A stretch of DNA of 64,000 bases from Phyllobates terribilis (Eukaryota), in contig NW_027362762.1 of the NCBI RefSeq assembly GCF_046119375.1, positions 855,662,001 to 855,726,000 on the forward strand, written 5' to 3'. Under the pieces are notes generated by a model. That model was not told where the DNA came from and did not search any database. It was given only the letters and a program-made list of their open reading frames with translations. A program made the translations under genes and the position numbers. How positions within the stretch are numbered: position 1 is the first letter of the stretch; every line of letters starts with the position of its first letter. Of this stretch, positions 25,778 through 36,027 are shown piece by piece.

Positions 25778-26281
25778 CTTCGCAGAGCGTCCACTGCAGC
25801 ACCTCCTTCCTCTCGTGCGCTGGACAGAAAATGGCGCTGGTCGCTTACCAGTGACGCGTGTCCTGTGCATCCAACTCCTCCTCTTCCTGGGCCGGCTTTC
25901 TGACGCGACCGCCGCGTCACTCGTCACTCTCGGCAGCTCCGCCTTCAGCCGCGCCCTTTCTCTGTGCGTGCTGATATTCACTGGGCCGGTCTTCACCTTA
26001 CACCGCGCCCTCTTCTTCACTGGACGTCCCATCCTGGGACGCATCTTCACTGCTGGGCCCATCCTTCTTTGGCCCGGAACTCGTAGGGGCTGGACATCCT
26101 TTCGCGCGCTCCGGCGCCGTCCACTCCCACGATAGGCGGTACTTCTCCCAGACTTTACCGCCACTGTCACCATCTTGGAATCCATGCTTCGGGCCGCCAT
26201 CTTGGGCCGCATGCCTTCCAACACTTTCTCCTCAGTGTTCTGCGTCGGCTCTTCCCCGCTTTCTTCATGCGAGGAGCTCGC

Positions 26282-26299
26282 ATCCTGCCGACTACGCCA
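26282..26299 (-). promoter_or_regulatory. Primer-binding site complementary to the tRNA-Ser 3' end
   Basis: Minus strand TGGCGTAGTCGGCAGGAT, 2 nt after the LTR; complementary to the vertebrate tRNA-Ser 3' end ...ATCCTGCCGACTACG-CCA. Confidence 0.9.
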
Positions 26300-26301
26300 A
26301 A

Positions 26302-27325
26302 TGTAAGGTGCCCCAGCGAGGTAGTCGTGGGCGAGCTGTAGCCCCCTCTCTCTCTGGCACCCTACAGACAATTCGTGTCCTCCCTCTGATGTGTGGCTGT
26401 GTAGGTGGTGCTCTCCACTTACTTCAAACCATCCGATCGCGGCTGTCTCCAGGAATTTCTCTTCTGGGACCAGGGCAGCAATAAATTCAGAGGACACGAG
26501 GTTCTTAACCAGAACTTGAACTTTACTTGGGGAAGAGGAATATGTACAATATTTGCAGGCAGATATAATGGATAAGGCCCGACAGGTTATTATCTCTCTC
26601 ACAGGCGCTGGCAACATCTTCAGCCCTGGTTCCCTCTTTAAGTGAAGCATCTCTGTGACTCTAATCTCTAGCCCAAGAGACTCTTCTGCAATACCAACAG
26701 TGATCTGAATCCGATCTCTCCCCCACGACTTAGCCTGGAGTCCTATTTATCTTCCTCTGCTTCCTGCAGACTAGAAGTGCCCCGGGTCCTCAATATTTCC
26801 TTTGAGTTTCTCCGACCAGCTAACAGGACTCTTGCTCTTGCATAGGGATACTTTCACACTGGTGATCCCACTGTCTGAGGGTATGGAGCTCCCGTCTACC
26901 CTAGCAGCCACTATATAGTCAGGCTGCCTGCACAGTTCGCTGTCCTATCTCTTACTGAAGAATCACTTCCTGATCCTGGAAACTAAACAGAGATTTTCCT
27001 AATGTGCCCAGTGAGCTGTCATCACACAGCATTAACCCATCACTGTCTGTAACACAGCCAGCAGACTTAACCTGACATCTGCACCCAGGACAGTGGCATC
27101 TTGTGACTGTTTACAGGTACTGCAGCCCACAAGGAATTATGTCAGGAACAAGCTCTATATCACTCAAGGCTTGATCAGGGCACTAAGTTCCCCCTCCACT
27201 CTACTGACTGGACCACTAACCCCTTAGCTTGGTCTACCAACCGTTCAAAGAGGTCTAACTACAGGGAACACTTTCTTTAACTACTTCAGTGCCAAAGGAA
27301 GGCTACGTCCTTCCCCACTATTACA
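26302..27325 (-). repeat. 5' LTR (1024 bp) of the 24508-27325 element
   Basis: TG..CA ends; immediately upstream of the PBS on the minus strand; TATATA at about 26912-26917. Confidence 0.85.
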
Positions 27326-28488
27326 CTAACAGTGCTTAGAAAGCTGCCACTGCCCACACCACAGTGGCTGGGCTGTGGTTGGACCAGGAGGCACATGGGC
27401 AGCTAGTCCGGCAGTGATAAAGACACTTCTTCTCCTGCTGATAAAACACCTATTGTATTGAAACAATAGCACACAGCCAAATAAGTAAATAAGTGACACA
27501 TCAATGACATCAGTGTCTCAGCCTACCTTATGCTGACCTCAGATTACATAGCAAAACCTGCTGACAGATTCCCTTTTAATGTGTAATGCTGTGAAAGAGT
27601 TACATTTTCCAGATTACTTTTTAGATTACTGTAAAGCGTCTGGTGCAAAGTCCTTACTTCCCAGAATACAAATCAACAGGACAAACACTGTGCAGACATT
27701 GTGCTGGCACGGGATCCTGTTAAATTTCAAGACTGAAGCTTCCTAATGGTGAATGTAGCGAAGAGTATATGGTGAGTTTTTGTTGTTGCAGCATTTCTGC
27801 ACTCATAAGTTAAATTGGGTTACTTGCGTCTTTTACATGCATTTTATTGCTTTTTTGACTGTTGTCTTTGCTACTTTATTTGTATGTTGTGTTTTAGATA
27901 AAGCTGCTTTGTTTTTGATACTTCCTGGTATTTGACTTTGACCAAACTTTATTGATACAGTCATGTCCTCACATGCATTTTTAGTGTGCTTTAGTGTTGA
28001 GCCACCCCCGTAGTGTTCGAGTTCGGTTCGGTTCGTCGAACACCCGTGTGTTCGCCGAACTGTTCGTCGAACTGTTCGTCGAACACCTTCGAACACCGTT
28101 AAAACCAATGGCAGGCAAACAAAAACACATAGAAACACATAGAAAACACCAAAAGGTGTCCAAAAGCTGACAAACTGCTCAGAAGACACAACTAACACAT
28201 GGAAAAGTGACAAGTACATATAGTCATGCGAAAAGAAAAGAGGTGGAGGAGTAAAAGGAGGGGGAGACACAGATATAGGCATGTCATGCCCTTCTAAAAT
28301 CCAAAAAGTGAGAAGCCGAGACGGCCAGTCCGCTCCTGCCCGTGCCACCTCCGTGTCGCCGGGTTTGTGCCAGAGCCGCGGTGAACCCTGACGGCCAGCC
28401 CCCCTCTCCCAATACTGGTGCCTGTCCGCTGGTGGGTCGAGAGAGCCCCCCTGTGGTGGAGGCAGCTCTAAGCTTTTTAATTTAAATT

Positions 28489-28761
28489 GTCCCTCTAATT
28501 TGAATGAATACACTTTAAATCCATTTACAAGGATCTATTGGAGGGCAAGTCTCATGTCAGCAGCCGCGTAATTCCAGGTCCAGTAGCGTCCACTAAAGCT
28601 GCTGCAGTTAAAAAGCTTTTATAAGGATCGAGCTCGGCTGTCCACCGCAAGGCATCCTAGTGCCAGTCCCAGCCCCTATGCCTTGGGGTGCCTCCTGATG
28701 CTCTTCACTGAGTATCCCGTGGTCCCGAAGCATTTCCTTTGAAAAAATTAAGTGTCCAAAC
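28489..28761 (+). rRNA. Degenerate 18S rRNA gene fragment (pseudogenic) inside the hAT
   Basis: CACTTTAAATCC...TTGGAGGGCAAGTCT..GTCAGCAGCCGCG-TAATTCCAG...CTGCAGTTAAAAAGCT...GATGCTCTT.ACTGAGT.TCCCG...CCCGAAGC.TTT.CTTTGAAAAAATTA follows the vertebrate 18S order (helix-18 region into V4). Confidence 0.88.
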
Positions 28762-28864
28762 TACAGGTGGTGTAGCTTGCTTAACAGCCGGGATAATCCG
28801 CTGACTAGCAGACACTGCTACTAGGCACAAAGTATTTCCTGGGCTAGATGCAGTTAAAAATTTG

Positions 28865-30690
28865 TAAGTAGATACTCTCGTTGGATGCTGAGAAAGCATT
28901 CCATAGAGTCTCCTGGCACGCCATATATGATTCTCTTAAAAAGCTTGGGGTAGGGGTCTAGGGGACCCTTTTATAGCCAAAATCACGGCCCTGTATCACA
29001 ATACGTCACCTAGGCTGAAGATAAATGGAACTGTAGCACCGAGGGCTCGGTTGCTACAGACGTATTGCACCTCACCCAGAGGTGTGATATCTCACTCTCA
29101 GATAAGGATGGAGTGTGGATCAGGACCCGACACCTGCATGCATTACACCACATTGCCGTGGGGCAGGGCGACCAATATGCCCCTGAGATGGGCACGACAG
29201 TCCCTGTCCCTGGCTGGAGTGGGGGGAGGGAACACTGAGGAAGGGGAACCCTGCAGTGCAGGAGCAGGGAGGAAGCAGTTCCTGGGTGCATTGAGAAGGG
29301 AGTATAAAAGGTGGGCACCATCTTAGTTCAGTGCAGAGAAGTCTGAGCAGAAATGGCAGGGAGCAGGGGCTCTGCATGAGCTCTGCTCCGGAGGCGGGCC
29401 TAGTAACAGAGGCCCAGGCCTGCAAGAGGGAGAAGGAAGGAAGAGGAGCGGAGAAGGCTCCAGGAACGAGGAATGAAGGGATCCCAGGGGTGCGGACGGG
29501 CGAGTCGCCACCGCACGCCCGAATCCACCTGCGTGGAGGGGTCAGGCCAAAGGGGGAGACCGGTCCCCGAACTAGTGGAGGCAGGAAACGACCCTCAGCT
29601 AGAAACCGGAGGCTCTGACATTTTATGTGGCGCAGCCCCTTGCTCCACCTGCTAGGAAGGCACCACATAGGGTCAGGGAAACTGGCGCCAAGTTTACCAA
29701 GAGGAGGCCGGAGGCAGCCGGACAGAAGTGTTGGTAAGAAAGGCCAGACAAAGGACACACAAAGGGGGTCCTGTGAAGCGCTCCAAAGTTATCTGGGAGT
29801 TGTCTGAGCCCCTCACCTGGTGAGCACAGTACGACGTGGGCAGCCGTTACCTGCAGACGTGGTCTGGATAATAAGAACTGTGAGTAAAGGCCCTGAACTG
29901 CATCACTGACTCCGTGTCGTTACTGCTGCTGCCCTGCACCATCACCCCCATCCTCCGCATACACTGCCCTGAGGCTATACTCCTCCCGTGGGGAGTTATG
30001 CTACGCTCTGCTGCACCCACAACACCAGCCTTAGCGGTCTGCCCTGTAGCGGCGGTTCACTCTGACCGCAATCCACGGGTGGCGTAGTCGGACATTTAAA
30101 CATCAAAACCACATAAATAGTTCCGCCACTGGTTTGACCGCCCTGAGCCACGGAACCGGATCGCCGCCACGAAGACTACAACCACCAGCATCCACCAAAA
30201 AGGGTCCGGCTCCGGGTGTCCCAAGGCCCAGGGGGTGCGTCAGAACATTTTCATCACCTTTCACAATCACCAATGGGACAAGGCAGGGATGTCCTCTGTC
30301 CCCTCTCTTATACATCCTAGTGACGGAGCACCTGCTCTCATCAATTCGCCATAACCCCAATATTAGGTGGATTGAGGTGGGAGGCACCGAGTACAAGTGC
30401 TCTCTATTTGCTGATGATGTCCTAGTATATATCACTCAATCACATATATCCATCCCTGCTGTTATGGCTGAAATAGATCACTTTGTTACATGGTAAAATT
30501 TTAAAATCAATGCAGCGAAGTCTGAGGCCCTCGATGTCTCCCTCCCTAAATCCATATAGGATTCCATCCAGTCCAACTTTCCCTTTGCCTGGCCCTCACA
30601 GGGTATCAAATACTTAGGAATTCCTATTCATAGAGACCTCTCCCATCTATGTTATCTTAATTTTGGGCCCTTTATTGAACAATTCCATAC
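28865..30690 (+). pseudogene. L1-clade LINE reverse-transcriptase fragment interrupted by a solo LTR
   Basis: LSLDAEKAF..VSW, then NGT|FSSPFTITNGTRQGCPLSP (in frame once the LTR and one TSD copy are removed), SLFADDV, IKYLGI; contains stops and has no poly(A). Confidence 0.88.
29032..30242 (+). mobile_element. Gypsy solo LTR (1211 bp), same lineage as the 41420 element
   Basis: TGTAGCACC...GGGGGTGCGTCA; 4-bp TSD GAAC; shares U5-end motifs (CAGCGGTCTGCCCTG, TGGCGTAGTCG, CCGGATC.CCGCCACG, TCCGGCTCCGGGT) with 41420-42420. Confidence 0.88.
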
Positions 30691-30764
30691 AGACCACGGT
30701 TGGCAAGTTAGAACTGTAAGATTCACTACGTGAACCACTGGTGTTTTGTGGAAAAGCACATGTA

Positions 30765-32128
30765 CACCGCGTTCCAAATTATTATGCAAAAAGTGTTTAG
30801 GAGTGATAAGGGAAGAATTTGTTTGTTTGTCAGTTAAACTCATTGATGGTGATGTGTGTCAGGGCTCTTTATATCACTGTAAGCAATTGCAGACACCTGT
30901 GCTAATTAGTTTGGCAGGTGTGTCCAATGAAAGGCAAGACTACTTAAGAAGGCTCTCTCACATTATTAAGCAGCCTACATTTTCTGCCAAAATGGGAAAG
31001 AAAAAGGATGTGTCGACTGCTGAGAAGCAACAAATTGTGGAGTGTTTAGGTCAAGGCATGACTACAATCAACATTGTGCGATGATCAGGATGAAGTGTCT
31101 TGGCAATCAAGAAGTATGTAGCTGATTCACAGTACACACGTGTGCGTGCTGATCAGGGCAAATTGAGGACTCTTTCCTACAGGCAATTACGTCAGGTTGA
31201 AAGAGCAGCGGCAAAAAAGCCTTGTCATAGCAGCAGACAAGTTTTTGAAGCTGCTTGTGCCTCCAACGTCCCCCGAACAACAAGATGCAGGGTCCTTCAG
31301 AGGTTTGCAGCTGTGCATACGCCATCCTGTCGACCTCCTCTATCCACTTCACACAAGCAGAAACGGCTCCAGTGGGCCAAACATTACATGAAGACTGATT
31401 TCAAAACTGTTTTGTTCACGGATGAGTGCCGTGCAGCGCTCGATGGTCCAGATGAATGGAGTGGAGGATGGCTGGTTGATGGACACCCCACGCAAACACG
31501 GCTACAGCGCCAACAAGGAGGAGGTGGAGTAATGTTTTGGGCTGGAATCATGGGGAGAGAGATTGTCGGCCCCTTTAGGATCCCTGAAGGCGCTAAAGAT
31601 GAACTCCATAATGTATGTGGATTTTCTCAAACAGCACTTCCTGCCATGGTTCAAGAAGAAGAACCGTGTATTTCACAGCAAGATCATTTTTCTGCATGAT
31701 AATGCACCATCTCATGCTGCACATAAAACATCTGCATCTCTGGCTGATATGGGCATAAAAGGGGACAAACTTATGGTGTGACCCCCATGCTCCCCTGACC
31801 TCTACCCCATTCAGAACCTTTGGAGCATCATTAAAAGGAGTGTCTATGATGGCGGGAGGCAGTTCACATCTAAGCAACAGCTCTGGGAGGGTATTCTGTC
31901 CTCATGCAAAACAATTGAAGCAGAAACCATCCAAAACCTGACAAATTCAATGGACGAGAGAGTTCAGAAGCTCCTTTCGAACAAGGGGTCCTATGTGAAA
32001 ATGTAACATCACCTAGAATAAAGTTTTGAGTTGAAAACTGTTTGATTTCAGTTTCTAACAACCTGCTAATGCTTATAATTTCAAAAATGACCATTTTTTT
32101 GGTCTTTATTAAAATGAAAAGGTTGATC
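30765..32128 (+). mobile_element. Tc1 transposon, right end deleted
   Basis: TA then CACCGCGTTCCAAATTATTATGCA left terminus; no matching right TIR found. Confidence 0.82.
30992..32006 (+). pseudogene. Tc1 transposase pseudogene
   Basis: MGKKKDVST start, VLFTDEC, GGGVMFWAGI, FLHDNAPSH, SPDLYPIQNLW; frameshifts and stops near 31080, 31590 and 31780. Confidence 0.88.
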
Positions 32129-32463
32129 GAAAAGTTTGGGGGATCTAAGAGTGTGGCAACCCAGTAGTCATGATTACTTCGAATTCTGACAATATGAGGG
32201 TCATGCTGCAGGTAGTGCAGCAAGAAGGCACTTATGTGTCTTGCGCATCTCGGAGCCCCAAAATTATTTTCCGGGCTAGATGCAGCTAAAAATTATTTTT
32301 AATTTTAAATCTGGTGAAGCTTATTATAGATGGCCTAATAGGATCAGTGCTGCACACTGCTACAAAGCCCAAATTATTTTCCAGTCAAGATACAGATAAA
32401 CATGATTAGTAATTTGAAAGCTTAAAACGGTTGGTAGGGTGATTTTAACCAATCATCAAGCTT

Positions 32464-35400
32464 TTACTCTCCCCAGGATGACACAGGGGTAGAAAAGTCG
32501 TTTCTGATCCATGATTTGTTCATCTTTATGAACGTGAGTCTGTCTACATTATCAGTGGAGAGCCGCGTGCGCTTATCTGTCAGCACACCACCAGCAGCGC
32601 TGAACACACGTTCAGACAAAACGCTGGCTGCGGGGCATGACAAGATCTCCAAGGCGTAAGTGGCTAGCTCCGGCCATTTATCCAGATTGGAAGCCCAAAA
32701 AGAGCAAGGGTCCAGTGACACAGTCGTGGCTTCAATGTTTACTTGGAGATACTCCTGTACCATCGTCTCTAGGCGTTGACTATGTGTCAGACTTCTTGTC
32801 TCCTGTGGCCTTGCAAAGGATGGGCTAAAAAAGTGGTGAAATGATTCCGCAAAATTGATGTTACCAGCAGATACTGTGGTTCTGTTACGGTTTGAGTGCT
32901 GAACACTTGACGGTCCCACGGTTGGCAAGTTGGAACTGTGAGATTCACTACGTGCACCACTGGTATTTTGTGGAAAAGCACATGTAAGATTCTGCAACAG
33001 TCTCTGCTGATACTCCTGCATGCGTGCATCCCTTTCTATGGCAGGAATAATTTCTGCAAATTTACTTTTGTACCGGGGATCTAACAGTGTGGCAACCCAG
33101 TAGTCAGGATTATTTCTAATTCTCACAATTCGAGGGTCATGTTGCAGGTAGTGCAGCAAGAAGGCACTCATGTGTGTTGCGCATCCAGGAGCACCAAGTC
33201 CCTGTTGTGTTGGTGGCGAGGTAACAATCATGCTTCCTTCCTCTGTCCTCTCCCCCCAACCTCGCACAACAGAAATGTGATCAAGGTCTCCCTCATCTGA
33301 TGAGTCTTCCATCAGTTCGTCCTCCACTTCTTCCTGGGCTCCTGCACCTTCCTCACTAGTTTGGCTGCTACCATGCGCCCTGGTAAAATCATCTCCCCCA
33401 CCCTCACATGCCTGCCGCCTTGGTGCTGCCGACCGTCTGGACCTTGCAGATGTTAGCCCTTCCGCATACAACTCCTCCTCCTCTACTTCCTCCACCTCCT
33501 CTTGTGCCACCACCTGACTCCGAATTCTGTTTAACATGTGCTCCAGCATGTAAATCACCGGAATAGTCATGCTGATAATGGCATCGTCAGCACTAAACAT
33601 CTTCGTCGCCATTTCAAAACTGTGCAGAAGGGTGCATAGGTCCCTGATCTGAGACCACTCCTCCAGCGTGATTTGCCCCACCTCTGAATCTCGTTGGCCC
33701 AGGCTATACGTCAGAACGTATTGCACCAGGGCTTGTCGGTGCTGCCACAGTCGCTGCAACATGTGCAGAGTTGAATTCCACCGGGTAGGCACATCGCATT
33801 TTAGCCGGTGAAGTGGCAGGCCCAACGACTTCTGTAGAGATGTAAGTCGCTGAGCTGCGGGATGCGAACGGCGGAAGTGAGCACACAGCGACCGTGCCCT
33901 CTGCAGAAGGCCATCTAGTCTGGGATAGTGGGCTAAAAATTGCTGGACAACCAGGTTCAACACGTGAGCCATACAAGGCACGTGTGTGACATTGCCCCGG
34001 CGAAGGGCCGCACCCAGGTTTGCAGCATTGTCGCACACGGCCTTCCCTGGTTTCAGGTCCAGTGGAGACAACCATTCATGAAATTGGTTCTCCAGAGCTG
34101 ACCACAACTCCTCAGCTGTGTGACTCACATTTCCCAGACATTTCAATGTAAAAACCGCCTGATGACGTTGAGCCCTACTGCCAGCATAGTAAGGAGGTGT
34201 GCAGGATCCCTTCTGCGCAGTTAGAAAGCTTGTGGCATGACCAGACAGGCTTTGGGTGCAGGTGGAAGACCGAGAGGAGGTTGAGGAGGCAGAAGCAGTG
34301 GAGGAACTTTGACATAAAGAGGATTGACGCACAACTCGTGGGGACGGCAAGACTTGGACAGCAGCCCCTTGTCCTGCTGTCACCATAGTTACCCAGTGCC
34401 CAGTCAGCGACATGTAACGCCCCTGTCCATGCCTACTCGTCCAAGTGTCTGTGGTGAAATGCACCCTGTCACACACAGAGTTTCTCAAAGAAGCGGTGAT
34501 GTTGTGTGCGACATGCTGGTGGAGCGCAGGCACACCTTTCTTTGAGAAGTAGTGCCGACTGGGCATCTGGTACTGGGGCACTGCGACGGACATAAGGTCT
34601 CGAAAATCCTCTGTGTCCACCAGGCGGAAAGGCAGCATTTCTGTAGCCAAGAGCTTGCAGATGGTGAAATTCAACCTCTTAGCTTTCTCATGGCTAGGAG
34701 GAAATGGTCTTTTACTTGTCCACATCTGAGGGACCGAGGGCTGGCTATTGTGCTTAGACGGGGTTGATAAGGGTGTCCCCGGCAAACTGCCGGTCTGTGA
34801 GGAAGATGCAGGCGGACATGTTAGGTTGCCTTGATCCAAAGGTGGTGCTATCGATGTCGGACAGCGCTCAAGACCAGCTGGTGTTACCACCTCCAAAGAA
34901 AATGATGACCTGCCAATCACGCTGGCTGTTGCGGGTAAAGAGGTGGCAGGTCTGCGCCCCAAAACAGGTGTGACTGCTGTCCCCCCAGTCACAGAGGATG
35001 AAGAGGCCGCGGATGCACAAGATATGGCAGACGGTGGTTGGCCCGGCCGGCTAGGCCGCATTGTAGCACACTGAGCTTCCCACTGCAACTTATGCTTCAT
35101 GTCCATGTGCCGGTTCATGCATGAAGTACTCAAACTATGTATTTTTTGGCCTCTACTTAGCTTTTGCTGACAAATGTTACAGATAACACGAGTTGGGTCA
35201 TCTTTATCGATCTGAAAAAATGCCCAGGCTATGCAAGGCTTAGCACCCATGCGACCTGAAGAGCCACCACGACTTGTGGTGAGAGGCAGAGTTGTGTTTG
35301 AGGATGCAGTTGTTGACGTGCTTCCAGTACTACGTCTCTGTCCAGGAAGGCGCAACCTGACCTCGTCGTCACTAGCATCTTCCTCCACCTCCTCTGCTGA

Positions 35401-36027
35401 CCTCATCTCTTGGCTGACTGTGGGTTGACAGTAAGTGGGATCTCCGACCTCATCATCATCACCCTGTGCGTTATCACACCCGTCGTCCTCAGAGCCAACC
35501 TGTTCCTGCCCTGACAAAAAACTAAAGTTGTCGCTCCAATCAGGTATTTGAGTCTTATCATCGTCTTCCTCATTGTCTCCACCAACAGGAGTTACAGTTT
35601 GGGAATGAGGGTCTACATTATGGTCAGAACCTTCTGCGTCTGGTCCTGGATCCGACTCATAAAGATTCTGGGCATCAGTGCAGATCATTTCCTCGTCTGG
35701 ATTCACAGAAGCACTGGAGTCGACCTCTGATTCCCAGGCTATAGTATGAGTAAACAGCTCTGCAGACTCAACCATCTGTTCTACCTCATACTCAGATGGG
35801 CAGCTGGAGCTTTGGGAGCTGTGAGGAAGCAAGTGCGATTTGGGTGACACCTTTGAGGACTGGAGTATTTGTGATGTTGAAGTTGATGTGGAGGAGAGCC
35901 CACTTAAAGGAGCACTTGATATCCGTTGAAGCACCTGCTGTTTTTGTGCCTCATCTGGAATTTGTAGCGATTGGCGTGGCCGTAAGAAAGGGATCTTATC
36001 ACATTGTCCGCTAAAAGAAGTAGACAT
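32464..36027 (-). CDS. hAT (Ac/hobo-family, ZBED-like) transposase, 1187 aa
   Basis: BED finger (AWAFF...CNIC...HMDMKH), HFTTDTW, VCDNAAN, CMAHVLNL (CxxH), RWNST, and C-terminal dimerisation region with SERVFS; ORF uninterrupted. Confidence 0.95.
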   Translation of the reverse strand: MSTSFSGQCDKIPFLRPRQSLQIPDEAQKQQVLQRISSAPLSGLSSTSTSTSQILQSSKVSPKSHLLPHSSQSSSCPSEYEVEQMVESAELFTHTIAWESEVDSSASVNPDEEMICTDAQNLYESDPGPDAEGSDHNVDPHSQTVTPVGGDNEEDDDKTQIPDWSDNFSFLSGQEQVGSEDDGCDNAQGDDDEVGDPTYCQPTVSQEMRSAEEVEEDASDDEVRLRLPGQRRSTGSTSTTASSNTTLPLTTSRGGSSGRMGAKPCIAWAFFQIDKDDPTRVICNICQQKLSRGQKIHSLSTSCMNRHMDMKHKLQWEAQCATMRPSRPGQPPSAISCASAASSSSVTGGTAVTPVLGRRPATSLPATASVIGRSSFSLEVVTPAGLERCPTSIAPPLDQGNLTCPPASSSQTGSLPGTPLSTPSKHNSQPSVPQMWTSKRPFPPSHEKAKRLNFTICKLLATEMLPFRLVDTEDFRDLMSVAVPQYQMPSRHYFSKKGVPALHQHVAHNITASLRNSVCDRVHFTTDTWTSRHGQGRYMSLTGHWVTMVTAGQGAAVQVLPSPRVVRQSSLCQSSSTASASSTSSRSSTCTQSLSGHATSFLTAQKGSCTPPYYAGSRAQRHQAVFTLKCLGNVSHTAEELWSALENQFHEWLSPLDLKPGKAVCDNAANLGAALRRGNVTHVPCMAHVLNLVVQQFLAHYPRLDGLLQRARSLCAHFRRSHPAAQRLTSLQKSLGLPLHRLKCDVPTRWNSTLHMLQRLWQHRQALVQYVLTYSLGQRDSEVGQITLEEWSQIRDLCTLLHSFEMATKMFSADDAIISMTIPVIYMLEHMLNRIRSQVVAQEEVEEVEEEELYAEGLTSARSRRSAAPRRQACEGGGDDFTRAHGSSQTSEEGAGAQEEVEDELMEDSSDEGDLDHISVVRGWGERTEEGSMIVTSPPTQQGLGAPGCATHMSAFLLHYLQHDPRIVRIRNNPDYWVATLLDPRYKSKFAEIIPAIERDARMQEYQQRLLQNLTCAFPQNTSGARSESHSSNLPTVGPSSVQHSNRNRTTVSAGNINFAESFHHFFSPSFARPQETRSLTHSQRLETMVQEYLQVNIEATTVSLDPCSFWASNLDKWPELATYALEILSCPAASVLSERVFSAAGGVLTDKRTRLSTDNVDRLTFIKMNKSWIRNDFSTPVSSWGE

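Larger units (their letters stand above)
24508..27325 (-). mobile_element. Internally deleted Gypsy-like LTR element (no pol)
   Basis: TGTAA...TTACA termini; 4-bp TSD CTAA (24504-24507 and 27326-27329); 609-bp direct repeat 24508-25116 = 26302-26910 (roughly ten differences by eye); tRNA-Ser PBS next to the full LTR. Confidence 0.88.
24365..27575. mobile_element. T2/Kolobok-type MITE split by an LTR element
   Basis: TTAA then AGGGGCTCTGTCACCAGG; end CCTGCTGACAGATTCCCTT then TTAA. The halves flank the CTAA TSD of the LTR element. Confidence 0.7.

Noticed and set aside
25326-26135. 269-aa plus-strand ORF
   Set aside because: It is an antisense shadow of the GC-rich LTR-element ORF, with no motif and no support from element polarity (the PBS is on the minus strand).
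25778-26650. N-terminal half of the 557-aa ORF
   Set aside because: It starts inside the 5' LTR and runs through the PBS and leader, so it is probably an incidental open frame. The start at 25777 is preferred.
27833-28513. 226-aa minus-strand ORF
   Set aside because: It spans the hAT terminus, its subterminal repeats and flanking MITE DNA, and has no protein-like features.
28489-28761. Functional rRNA locus
   Set aside because: It is only about 270 bp, has substitutions in universally conserved positions and has no rDNA context. It is reported as a captured fragment.
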